Source of the DNA: Candidatus Lloydbacteria bacterium
GTDB taxonomy: Bacteria; Patescibacteriota; Minisyncoccia; Phycocordibacterales; UBA6899
Assembly: GCA_043719805.1 (NCBI GenBank)
Contig: JAYSTI010000015.1
Span: 4,881-68,880 of the forward strand
DNA length: 64,000 bases
Reading direction: 5' to 3'
Position 1 is the stretch's first letter; every line of letters starts with the position of its first letter. Positions 39,193 through 48,276 of the stretch are shown here, piece after piece. A program made the position numbers and the translations under genes. Under the pieces are notes generated by a model. It did no database searches. It was not told where the DNA came from and saw only the letters and a list, made by a program, of their open reading frames with translations.

Positions 39193-40134
39193 ATGCACGA
39201 ACGAACAAACATTACAGCCACGCCGGTCAGGTTGACCATCCGGAGAGAAGGTCGTGCGCAATACGCACCCCCGCTCCCGCAACCACCACCGAAGAAAAAG
39301 CGCGGAGGAGGTTTTTGGAAAGGGTCGCTCATCGTCATCGGGGCGATACTGCTCACTACGCTTGCGAGTAAGGCGAGCGATTCCCTTAAGATAAGTGACG
39401 CGCTTTTGCTCGCCGGAACAGGGAAATCGACTGAGGTGTTACGTTGCCCAAAGGAGATGGTGTATGTCCCCACATCTCTGGGTGGATTCTGTATTGACCG
39501 TTATGAGGTGACGACGAGTGTGACCTGCCCGCGCACGAGTCCGTCGAGTGAAATGCAGACAAGGGAGAATCTTGCGGTTGCGACCTGTGTCCCCGAGTCG
39601 ACGAAGGGGATGTATCCGTGGGTAAACGCATCATACGCTCAGGCGATGGCGCTCTGTGCGCGAGTGGGGAAAAGGCTACCTTCTCCCGGAGAGTGGTATC
39701 GTGCAGCGCTCGGTACTCCCGATACGATAGGCGACGTGAAGGCTGGGTGTGTCCTTGGTCGCTCTGGTATGAGTCAGGGAGAAAAAGCCGGAGTGCACGA
39801 AGAGTGTGTTTCCTCGTTTGGTTCCTACGATATGGTGGGAAACGTCTGGGAATGGGTAGATGCGGATGTTGTGGACGGGGTCTACGGTGACCGCACGCTT
39901 CCGCCTGAGGGGTACATCACCGAAGCAGATGCGGACGGAGTCCCTTCGCAAACAGCCACGACTTCTTCGCCGGTATTTGGCGAAGACTATTTCTACGCTG
40001 ATTCGACCGGAGTGCGCGGAATGTTTCGCGGAGGGTTTTGGAATTTGACCGACAGGGCGGGAATTTTTACCATCAACGCCACCATCCAGACCTCGTTCGC
40101 CGGCTCTGCCGTCGGGTTTCGTTGTGTAAAATAA
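39193..40134 (+). CDS. Membrane-anchored protein of the formylglycine-generating-enzyme family (FGE-sulfatase / SUMF1-like domain)
   Basis: The motifs FCIDRYEVT, GKRLPSPGEWYRAALG, MVGNVWEWV and FRGGFW are present. There is an N-terminal TM. Confidence 0.65.
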   Translation: MHERTNITATPVRLTIRREGRAQYAPPLPQPPPKKKRGGGFWKGSLIVIGAILLTTLASKASDSLKISDALLLAGTGKSTEVLRCPKEMVYVPTSLGGFCIDRYEVTTSVTCPRTSPSSEMQTRENLAVATCVPESTKGMYPWVNASYAQAMALCARVGKRLPSPGEWYRAALGTPDTIGDVKAGCVLGRSGMSQGEKAGVHEECVSSFGSYDMVGNVWEWVDADVVDGVYGDRTLPPEGYITEADADGVPSQTATTSSPVFGEDYFYADSTGVRGMFRGGFWNLTDRAGIFTINATIQTSFAGSAVGFRCVK

Positions 40135-40171
40135 GCAGCAAATTTGTAGAGCGCGAAAACAGAACATATTC

Positions 40172-41920
40172 ATGACACAACAGAGAGTACATCATTCAGC
40201 GATACTGCAAAAAAAGGACCCGGCACCGATGGCCGGCATTCTTCTTTTTTTAACCTTGCTTATTCCGTTGTCATTTGTGCATGCTGGTACGATTTCGTTT
40301 GTGAGTGACACCGTCTCGACATCGGCCCCGAGTGCAACGACGACGTCGCACACAATTCAGTTCACCGTGGCGACGGCAATACCCCCAGGCGGGCATATCG
40401 TGGTGACCCCCGAGGGCTTCACCATTCCCGTTGCACTCAGTTTTGCGGACGTTGACCTTGCTGTCGCGACATTGCCGGGCGCGTTTACTAATCGCATACT
40501 TGCGGCTGTGCCCAGTGTGACTGATGTCGGGGTGACGGTTACATCAGGACTAACGGGGCAGATACTGTTTACACTTAGTTCGGGTGCAGGAATATCTGCA
40601 GGAGACACCGTAAAAATTTCCATAGGGGATGTTGCCACATTTGGCGGTGTGGGGACGCAATTTATTGAGAGCCCTGGTACTGTCGGTTCGCGCCACGTGC
40701 GCTTTTTGACGACGAATGCCGTCAATGCGAATCTTGATTTCGGGTCCACGATTGTGGCCATCATCGCTCCGGTGGGAATCACCGCTTCGTTGCCGGTATT
40801 TGAGCCAACTCGTACGAATGCACTTCCTTCTGGGCTCTTCCCTGGGAGTACGCGGAACATCTGGGTGTCGCTTAACACCGATATTCCCGCAACGTGTCGC
40901 TACGCTACCTCAAGTGGCGTGCTCTATACAAACATGCTGGGAAGCACCGCCTTTACCGCTGCAAATGGTGGCTTGCTGCACTATCGCAACGAGGCGGTCG
41001 CCACAAATACTGTGTATAGTTTTTATGTGCGCTGTCAGACGCCTTCATTGATAGTGAACTCCAGCGACCTACTTATCCGTTTTGAAATAGGAGTAGAGGC
41101 GGGTGCGGCAACCGCGACGCCACCGCTTCCGCCTCCACCACCTCCGGGCGGGGGAGGCATTTCGGGGCCGGGCGGAGGAGGAGGGCTTTACTTGAACGGT
41201 GGAGACGTAACCCTCGAGGGTAGGGCGGCACCGGGCGCGGCAATGGTTTTCCTTAAGGACGGCGTGATTGCGCGCGAGACGACCGTGTCTCAAGTAGGAG
41301 ATTTTTCAGAAAAGTTCACGAACCTCCAGCGCGGTACCTATACATGGGGTGTATATATCCGAGATACGAACGGGAGGCTTTCCTCGACATATTCGTCGAC
41401 TATTTACCTCATCGCAAGAACAAACAACATCATTGCACCTGTATACATTTCTCCGACGATAATCGCTGCGACGACAACGGTTGGCCTTGGGGATAAGATA
41501 AAATTGAGCGGATACGCAATACCGCTAACTCCGGTTCAGGTGATAATGAATGCACAAGGAAATGCACTTTCGGGAAAGATAGTCACCGGCACGACGACGG
41601 CAAATGGGAACGGCTCGTGGAGTTTGGAACTATCCTCCGATGGATTAGCGAAGGGGACATACGAGGCGAAGGCGCTCTCAAAACTTCTGAATAAAGATCA
41701 GAGTCTCTTGAGTCCAATACTCTACATCGGTATGGGCGTTTCTCCGACTCCCGATTTTACGAATCGTTCAGACTTGAATAAAGATAAAAAGGTGAATCTC
41801 ATCGACTTTTCGATATTGTTGTTTAATTGGAAAAGTTCGGACCCGGTGTCGGACATCAATCAGGACGGGACGGTGAATTTGGTGGACTTTTCTATCATGC
41901 TCGCCAATTGGACCGGGTAA
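40172..41920 (+). CDS. Secreted protein with a C-terminal type-I dockerin module. Its N-terminal post-signal segment is shared with family B.
   Basis: Two Ca-binding dockerin repeats are present: DLNKDKKVNLIDFSILLFNW and DINQDGTVNLVDFSIMLANW. The N-terminal segment TISFVSDTVSTSAPSATTTSHTIQFT follows the signal peptide. Confidence 0.65.
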   Translation: MTQQRVHHSAILQKKDPAPMAGILLFLTLLIPLSFVHAGTISFVSDTVSTSAPSATTTSHTIQFTVATAIPPGGHIVVTPEGFTIPVALSFADVDLAVATLPGAFTNRILAAVPSVTDVGVTVTSGLTGQILFTLSSGAGISAGDTVKISIGDVATFGGVGTQFIESPGTVGSRHVRFLTTNAVNANLDFGSTIVAIIAPVGITASLPVFEPTRTNALPSGLFPGSTRNIWVSLNTDIPATCRYATSSGVLYTNMLGSTAFTAANGGLLHYRNEAVATNTVYSFYVRCQTPSLIVNSSDLLIRFEIGVEAGAATATPPLPPPPPPGGGGISGPGGGGGLYLNGGDVTLEGRAAPGAAMVFLKDGVIARETTVSQVGDFSEKFTNLQRGTYTWGVYIRDTNGRLSSTYSSTIYLIARTNNIIAPVYISPTIIAATTTVGLGDKIKLSGYAIPLTPVQVIMNAQGNALSGKIVTGTTTANGNGSWSLELSSDGLAKGTYEAKALSKLLNKDQSLLSPILYIGMGVSPTPDFTNRSDLNKDKKVNLIDFSILLFNWKSSDPVSDINQDGTVNLVDFSIMLANWTG

Positions 41921-42479
41921 ATACCGCTCGGGTTTATGGCTTTTGAAAGGCACACAGTCGGCCCCTCCGAGGTAGCACACCCTTTGAGCAATTTCTAAAA
42001 AAGCTCAAAAGGTCTTGCGCAATGGGCCACACCCATCGTTCACCTGCCGGGGCCGCTCTCGCTCACCACGGAGAGTACTTTTTGCTTTCAAATTCACTTC
42101 GCTCATTAGAATACGAAGTCGCCCGGTAGTTGCCACATCAGAACGAGAATTAGGCCAACCGTCCTGCGAGGGGCCCTAAGAAGTGGTAAATCCTCGTTGT
42201 TGAGGAAGTGCTACATTCTGTATTCTCTAAAAAAATCAATACCTTGCTTCCAGGTTCGTTTCTTACGCTAAGTGAGTATGCGCAATTTTTTGTAGAGGAG
42301 AAAATTCGTGGTGTTTTTTGACATTCCTTTGCAATGCGCTAGTCGCGTAAAGCTACACTTTATGGTTGGTTTTGTTTTCGAAAAACACAAAAAATATTTT
42401 CCTCGACAATGCGTTGATGTGTGTTAGTTTTAGCAAGGATTACGTACGTTGAAAAAACGTTCACCACAAGGAGAATTGA

Positions 42480-43922
42480 GTGAAAACGAGAGACGATGCG
42501 ATCGATCCCGTGCACTATTTTGGGAAGCTGCTCGGCCTTGACTCGGCCGGCATGACGGCGCTCGTCAAACGCGCACTTTTTGGTGCGGAAGACGGCGAGC
42601 TCTTTCTGCAGCGTTCGGAAAGCGAAAGTGTTTCGCTCAACGATGGCCGGGTCCAGTCGCCGTCACGAAGTGTGGACCAAGGATTTGGTCTGCGCCGCGT
42701 GAACGGGGAGTCGGTGCTTTACGCACACGGCAATACGATCTCGACTCGGGCTATCGTTCGCGCGGGCAAAGAGCTCCGCGAAATCGCAACGGCGAAGCAG
42801 TCGTACGTGATGCGGGAGGTGCTTCCGCAACCGATGGCTCGTTATGCCGGAACGCTCACCCCACTGTCGCTTGCGGCTCGGGTAAAGGTCCTGCGTGCGA
42901 TCGACCGTTACGCGCGAAAAGACAAAGTGGTGACCAACGTCAGTGCTTTCATTGCGAGTGGACTCACCTATGTCCTCATCGTGCGTGCGGATGGAACTGT
43001 TGCGAGCGATGTTCGCCCGATGACAAAACTGTTTGTCTCGGTCCAGTGCGCCCTCGGTGAGAAGCGTGAGAGCGGAGATGGAAGTATCGCCGGACGATAC
43101 GATTATTCGCGCCTCATCGCGCCGAATGTGTGGATGCCGGAAGTTGATCTTGCGATACACAACGCAAAGGAAACGCTGCGTGCGGGACCATGTCCGTCGG
43201 GCATCATGCCTGTCGTCTTGGGTCCGGGTTGGGCCGGAGTATTGCTTCATGAAGCTATCGGGCACGGACTGGAAGCTGACTGTGTGTGGCGGAAGACAAC
43301 CGTCTTCGCGGACCTCGTCGGAAAACGCGTTGCAAGCGAACTTGTGACGGTTGTCGACGATGGCACGTTGCAAGACGAACGTGGCTCACTCACCATCGAT
43401 GATGAGGGGACACCGACCGAGCGCACCGTGCTTATCAAAGACGGTATTTTGGTCGGCTTCATGCACGACAGACAGAGTGCGCGTTTGCTCAATATGCGTG
43501 CGACCGGCAGCGGTCGTCGCGAATCGTACGAACATCGCACGCAGGTGCGTATGCGCAACACACTCATGGAGAGTGGCGTGACTCCACCCGAAGACATCAT
43601 CGCCGCAACAAAGCACGGTTTGTATATGCCTTCGTTCAGCGGCGGACAAGTTGACCCGGTAACGGGGCAATTCGTGTTCGGCTGTGAGCTTGCGTACAAG
43701 ATTGAAGACGGCAAACTGACTACGCCGGTCGTTGGTGCAACGCTTATCGGCAATTGCACTACGGTGCTCACGTTCGTTGACCTCGTCGGAAATGACAGTA
43801 AGTTGGGCGGCGCGGGAACGTGCGGCAAGGGAGGGCAAAGTGTGCCTGTTGGCATCGGCCAACCGACACTGCGGCTTTCCGGCGGAGTGACCGTCGGCGG
43901 AACTGAAACAGCAGCGGAATAA
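42480..43922 (+). CDS. tldD: TldD metalloprotease (TldD/PmbA family)
   Basis: The metal-binding motif HEAIGHGLE is present. The ORF is 480 aa with a GTG start. Confidence 0.8.
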   Translation: MKTRDDAIDPVHYFGKLLGLDSAGMTALVKRALFGAEDGELFLQRSESESVSLNDGRVQSPSRSVDQGFGLRRVNGESVLYAHGNTISTRAIVRAGKELREIATAKQSYVMREVLPQPMARYAGTLTPLSLAARVKVLRAIDRYARKDKVVTNVSAFIASGLTYVLIVRADGTVASDVRPMTKLFVSVQCALGEKRESGDGSIAGRYDYSRLIAPNVWMPEVDLAIHNAKETLRAGPCPSGIMPVVLGPGWAGVLLHEAIGHGLEADCVWRKTTVFADLVGKRVASELVTVVDDGTLQDERGSLTIDDEGTPTERTVLIKDGILVGFMHDRQSARLLNMRATGSGRRESYEHRTQVRMRNTLMESGVTPPEDIIAATKHGLYMPSFSGGQVDPVTGQFVFGCELAYKIEDGKLTTPVVGATLIGNCTTVLTFVDLVGNDSKLGGAGTCGKGGQSVPVGIGQPTLRLSGGVTVGGTETAAE

Positions 43923-43933
43923 AGGAGACGACC

Positions 43934-45277
43934 ATGAATCAAAAAGAAATGCTGCGTGTCGGCAGGCAACTGCTGCGTCACGCGAAGTCCGCCGGCGCGA
44001 CTGATGCCGTTGTGTCACTCGACACGTCGATAGAGCGTGGCGTCACTGTTCGTGACGGAGTGCAAGAGGATGTCACGTTTTCGAGCAGTGCCGGTTTCAC
44101 TGTAACGGCGATTGTCGGGGACAAGCGCGGACATGCGCAAAGCTCCTCATTCGCGAGCGAGGACCTTGCTCGTACCGCAAAAGAGGCGGTACTGTCTGCG
44201 CATCTCGTAAGTGCAAACCCGCACCAGCGGCTTGCGCGACCTGACGAATGGCCGTGTGCGATGGAGGAGCTGCCCGCCAAAATGGCGCTCCTCGATTGCT
44301 TGGACCGCAGTCCGGAGCCGACATTGAAAGAACTCGTTGGACAGGCGATCGTACTTGATCGCATTGCGCGGAAGTTCCCGGGAATTTCCCGCAGCGAAGG
44401 GACCAGTTTTGGTTTCCAGTCTGATGTTTCGGTACAACTTTTGTCGAACGGTTTCGCAATCGTCTCTCCGTCGACACAGTATTCAAAGAGCACGAGTGTT
44501 ATTGCGGAAAAAGCCGGTGAGATGAAATCCGGTTCGCATTGGCACGTGGCGGCTCATCGTGCAGACCTGATGGAAGATGAGGAGTGTGCCTACCGTGCAG
44601 GAGACTATGCGGTGCGACAGCTCGGTGCGCATTCGATCAAAACGGAAGCGATGCCGGTCATCTTTGATAAGCGGGTTTCTCCGCGACTGCTTGAGGCGCT
44701 CTTTGCCGCCATCAGCGGTGAGTGCGTATATCAGAAAGAGACCTTCCTACTCGACCATCTCGGTTCACACATCTTTCGTGATGATGTGCACATTGTCGAG
44801 CGGCCGCATATGCCGCGCCGACTTCAGTCAGAGCTCTATGACGACGACTGCGTCAAGACCTCGCCGTGGACCTTGGTCGACGAAGGGTTGCTCAAGATGT
44901 GGGCAACATCCATCGAATCGGCGTCGAAGCTCGGCACGAGCGGCTCGACGGGACATGCATCGGGTGCACTTAATTTGCTCCTGTGTCCTTCGATGAGTTC
45001 GTTGAACACAATGATTCGGAAGATTGATCGCGGGTTTCTTGTTACCGATATCATGGGCGACGGAACGAATGTTGCGACCGGAGCATATTCGGTCGGAGCG
45101 GAAGGTTTCCTCATCGAGCGCGGCGAGATTGTCTGTGCAGTGAACAAGGTGACCATTGCAGGGAACTTGCTCAAAATGTTCCGGCACATGATTCCCGCTG
45201 ATGATTGTTCCGATAACACTTATGGTGCGAATGCCCCGAGCTGCCTCATCGACGAGATGATGGTCGCAGGGGAATAG
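43934..45277 (+). CDS. pmbA: PmbA/TldE protease (TldD/PmbA family partner)
   Basis: A 447-aa ORF adjacent to tldD. It has the family-typical Gly-rich C-terminal region (DIMGDGTNVATGAYSVGAEGFLIERGE). Confidence 0.75.
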   Translation: MNQKEMLRVGRQLLRHAKSAGATDAVVSLDTSIERGVTVRDGVQEDVTFSSSAGFTVTAIVGDKRGHAQSSSFASEDLARTAKEAVLSAHLVSANPHQRLARPDEWPCAMEELPAKMALLDCLDRSPEPTLKELVGQAIVLDRIARKFPGISRSEGTSFGFQSDVSVQLLSNGFAIVSPSTQYSKSTSVIAEKAGEMKSGSHWHVAAHRADLMEDEECAYRAGDYAVRQLGAHSIKTEAMPVIFDKRVSPRLLEALFAAISGECVYQKETFLLDHLGSHIFRDDVHIVERPHMPRRLQSELYDDDCVKTSPWTLVDEGLLKMWATSIESASKLGTSGSTGHASGALNLLLCPSMSSLNTMIRKIDRGFLVTDIMGDGTNVATGAYSVGAEGFLIERGEIVCAVNKVTIAGNLLKMFRHMIPADDCSDNTYGANAPSCLIDEMMVAGE

Positions 45278-45289
45278 GTAGTTGTGCGA

Positions 45290-45318
45290 AAGGCGCTGTA
45301 TCCACAGCGCCTTTTTTG
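45290..45318 (+). terminator. Rho-independent terminator after pmbA
   Basis: The hairpin is ggcgctg-tatcca-cagcgcc, followed by ttttttg. Confidence 0.65.
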
Positions 45319-45715
45319 TACACACAAATCTGTTTCTTCACAGGGTGAAGATCAAAGCATTTACCTAATAAATAGCGAGGGTAAAACATTTTGGGAGCCC
45401 TCGCAGGCGCAAACTTTCGAGAGCGAGGGCATTCTCCTTTTGAAATGGCCCTGCGCAAGCCCGACGGGGCGAGCAAAGCAAAAATTCAGCAGAATTTTAT
45501 GCGTGCCTTTCAAAAGGAGAATGCCCCAGCGAGCGTTCTCCCCTTGTTGTTCACAGTTTCATTGCGCAAGATATACAATTTCACGTATAATGTATTCAAC
45601 TCTACCGTGATGAAAGTTTGGGCTAAAACATTTTTTCAGAAAAAATGTTCGTCCGAACAAATTTAGGAAATTTGTTTTAGGAGGCGGGTTACTAATTAAT
45701 TGTACTTTTGATTAT

Positions 45716-46228
45716 ATGAGTTCTTTTTTACAAAAACTCAAAGGAAAGGGAATTGGAGTATCAGACGAACACACTGTTTCGACGACGAATCTTCCCGCAA
45801 AATCAGACATTCCCGCAGGCGTAACGCAACTTCCGGTTGACGTTAAGCAAGGTGACACGGAGATCACCATATACGCACAAGTACCGGGGACCGAGATCAA
45901 GGATCTCGATGTGTCTATCGAGGGGGACAATGACGTCATCACCATCCAGGGTACATCACGTCGCCCCGAGGACCTTATGCCGCATGCAGCAGAGGGCAAC
46001 GTGTCTATCAATCAGGGCGTGCAGCACGAAGAAGAGCATGACGCGTTCACGCTTGAGGAGTGTGTTTGGGGGAAATTTTTCAGACAGATTATTCTTCCTC
46101 AAGAAGTCGACGCCGCCGCCGCACAGGCAAAGGTGAAGGACGGCGTCCTCGTGCTTCATTTGCCGCTCAAGGGTCACACCTCAAATAAGTTGCGCATGCA
46201 TGTCGAACGCGTAGATTCTGCTGCATAG
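45716..46228 (+). CDS. Hsp20 / alpha-crystallin-family small heat-shock protein
   Basis: It has the ACD beta-sandwich pattern (ITIYAQVPG...DLDVSIEGDNDVITIQG...GKFFRQIILP...KDGVLVLHLP). Confidence 0.8.
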   Translation: MSSFLQKLKGKGIGVSDEHTVSTTNLPAKSDIPAGVTQLPVDVKQGDTEITIYAQVPGTEIKDLDVSIEGDNDVITIQGTSRRPEDLMPHAAEGNVSINQGVQHEEEHDAFTLEECVWGKFFRQIILPQEVDAAAAQAKVKDGVLVLHLPLKGHTSNKLRMHVERVDSAA

Positions 46229-46257
46229 GTGCGTTCATGTTTGCGTAACTCATTCTT

Positions 46258-47757
46258 ATGCGCCGCTCACTCCTCACACAATCAATAGGATTTTTTCTCA
46301 GTGTACTAGTGGTCATCGGTGCACCGATGGTGGTTTTTGCGCAACAGGCGGGAGACGTACAGACCGGAGGAGCAGTGCTTTCGTTCAATCCTCCCTCCGG
46401 GATTATCGGAGTAGGGAAGACGCTGACGGTGACCATTGCCGTCGAGTCTCCTGCACCATTCAATTCAGCAAACGCACTCGTCAGTTTTGATAAAAATATT
46501 CTGACCATGGACGGCGTTTCGAAGGCAAGCTCCGCATTTTCGTTTTGGCCCGAAGAGCCGACTATCTCCAATGCGAATGGAACGATGAATTTTGGCGGTG
46601 GCGGCACCGTGGGACTTGTTGGGAAGAAGACCATTCTGACAATCACTTTGAAGGGAGTCAAAGAGGGAAAAAGCGATGTGGTGTTTACCACCGGCTCTGT
46701 TTTGGCCAATGACGGAAAAGGTACGGATATTTTAAGTACTAAAATTATTGCCAACTACACGGTGTCCGCGACGGCCGCAAATAATACGCACCCTCCGATA
46801 CCGGGCCTCCCTGATACCGGACTATTGGGTCCAAAGCCCGAATTGCCGGATGTTACTTCAACGTCGCATCCCGACGAAAATCTTTATTACAATGCACCCA
46901 AAGGGCGATTTTTATGGGAATTACCTCCTGACGTATTGATTGTGCGCATGGACCTCGACAAGAGTGCCAAGACCGACCCGAAGACAAGTTATGACCCGGC
47001 GATAAACGAAAAAGAATTCGACCAGCTCACCGACGGGGTGATGTATTTTCATTTGAAATATCAAAATGATGCAGGTTGGGGGCCGATTTTGCACAGGAAG
47101 ATAATGGTGGACCGAACTGCACCGCCTCCTTTTACGCTTGACATTACGGTGCCTGCGTCTACGACGGATGTAATAGTGAAATTTTCCGCAACGGATACGC
47201 TCTCGGGAATCGACCGCTACGAGGCTGTCGTCGATGCGGGGGATGCCATAAAAATAGCGTTGAGTGCCGTCAAGGATGATACGTACAAGCTTTCCGGACA
47301 AAGCCCCGGCGAGCACACACTCACCCTTAAGGCGTATGACAAAGCAGGGAATTACACTCCTGCTGAAGGAAAGTTTCTGATTGAAGGAGAGCTTCCTTCT
47401 GATGCCTCAAAGCTCGTTGTTGACGATACACCGAAGCCGACGAACTGGTCGCTCATTGCGAATATCTTTCTCGTCGCGCTTGTTGCATTCCTCATCGGCT
47501 ATATGTGGTACGAAAGAAAATCGTTTCGTAAAGAGAAGTATGTGACAAAGCGAGAAGCAGATGAGCTGCGCGATAGCCTGGGAAATATTTTTGCAGCACT
47601 TCGTGAGGAGATAGGGGAGCAGACCGGTGCACTTTTCCAAAAACCTAATCCGTCTGCGCAGGACAGGGAAGTCATGGAAAAAATCAATGAGGCGATTGAT
47701 CTTTCTGAAGAATTGATATCCAAGGAGGCGGAGGACGTCCGTAAACTCCTCATGTAA
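46258..47757 (+). CDS. Membrane-anchored protein with an N-terminal cohesin-like domain, an Ig-like domain, a TM helix and a cytoplasmic coiled-coil tail
   Basis: The signal peptide is present. The cohesin-like pattern is LSFNPPSG..VGKTLTVTIAVES..LVSFDKNILTMDGVS..MNFGGG..KTILTITLKGVKEGKSDVVF. The TM is WSLIANIFLVALVAFLIGYMWY. Confidence 0.55.
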   Translation: MRRSLLTQSIGFFLSVLVVIGAPMVVFAQQAGDVQTGGAVLSFNPPSGIIGVGKTLTVTIAVESPAPFNSANALVSFDKNILTMDGVSKASSAFSFWPEEPTISNANGTMNFGGGGTVGLVGKKTILTITLKGVKEGKSDVVFTTGSVLANDGKGTDILSTKIIANYTVSATAANNTHPPIPGLPDTGLLGPKPELPDVTSTSHPDENLYYNAPKGRFLWELPPDVLIVRMDLDKSAKTDPKTSYDPAINEKEFDQLTDGVMYFHLKYQNDAGWGPILHRKIMVDRTAPPPFTLDITVPASTTDVIVKFSATDTLSGIDRYEAVVDAGDAIKIALSAVKDDTYKLSGQSPGEHTLTLKAYDKAGNYTPAEGKFLIEGELPSDASKLVVDDTPKPTNWSLIANIFLVALVAFLIGYMWYERKSFRKEKYVTKREADELRDSLGNIFAALREEIGEQTGALFQKPNPSAQDREVMEKINEAIDLSEELISKEAEDVRKLLM

Positions 47758-48276
47758 AAACTTCCAAATTTGGCACACTACAATTTTTTCATCAACGAAA
47801 GGTTTGGGGGACGTACCCCATGTACGCCCCCGCAAACACTTTCATCTTGAAAAAATTGCAATGCGACTGATTTTTCTTAGCGGTAGCCGCTTTAGAAAAA
47901 CGAAGTGCCCTTGTGGTATATCCAAATTATGAAAGTTTTTGTAAGTCCGCTCGAACATCGCCACCTTGTCGCCTCGCAGCTTATCCCAAATATCACGCTA
48001 GCTTTCAGCGCCAAAATATTAGTTTTAAAATTTCGGCTTGCTTGCATATTTCTATTTTGCCTCGCACTACATCTCAATTTTGTAAATAATTTAATGCGTA
48101 GGTTTTTCAAAAAGATATAAATACTCGCTTGAGAGTGTTTTGATTCGACCCTTCTGCTACGGTGGTGCAACGATGATTTATATAATGTGTACGGTCGTAC
48201 ACATTATATAAAATTGAGAAAGAAGTCGAAAAAGAAAATCGCCCCAGGATGGAGGGCGATTGATACTTGGTTGGTC

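Noticed and set aside
37541-47940. Shared 16-mer AATTATGAAAGTTTTT at about 37545 and about 47925
   Set aside because: A single 16-bp match in 64 kb is close to chance expectation in AT-rich intergenic DNA. There is no flanking similarity.
48176-48210. Perfect 15-bp-arm palindrome tatataatgtgtacg-gtc-cgtacacattatata inside track ORF 48187..48624
   Set aside because: It is real as a sequence feature, and probably a bidirectional terminator for the convergent gene 48277..48840. The overlapping 145-aa plus ORF it would encode is unsupported. It is not called as a separate element beyond the note on that gene.
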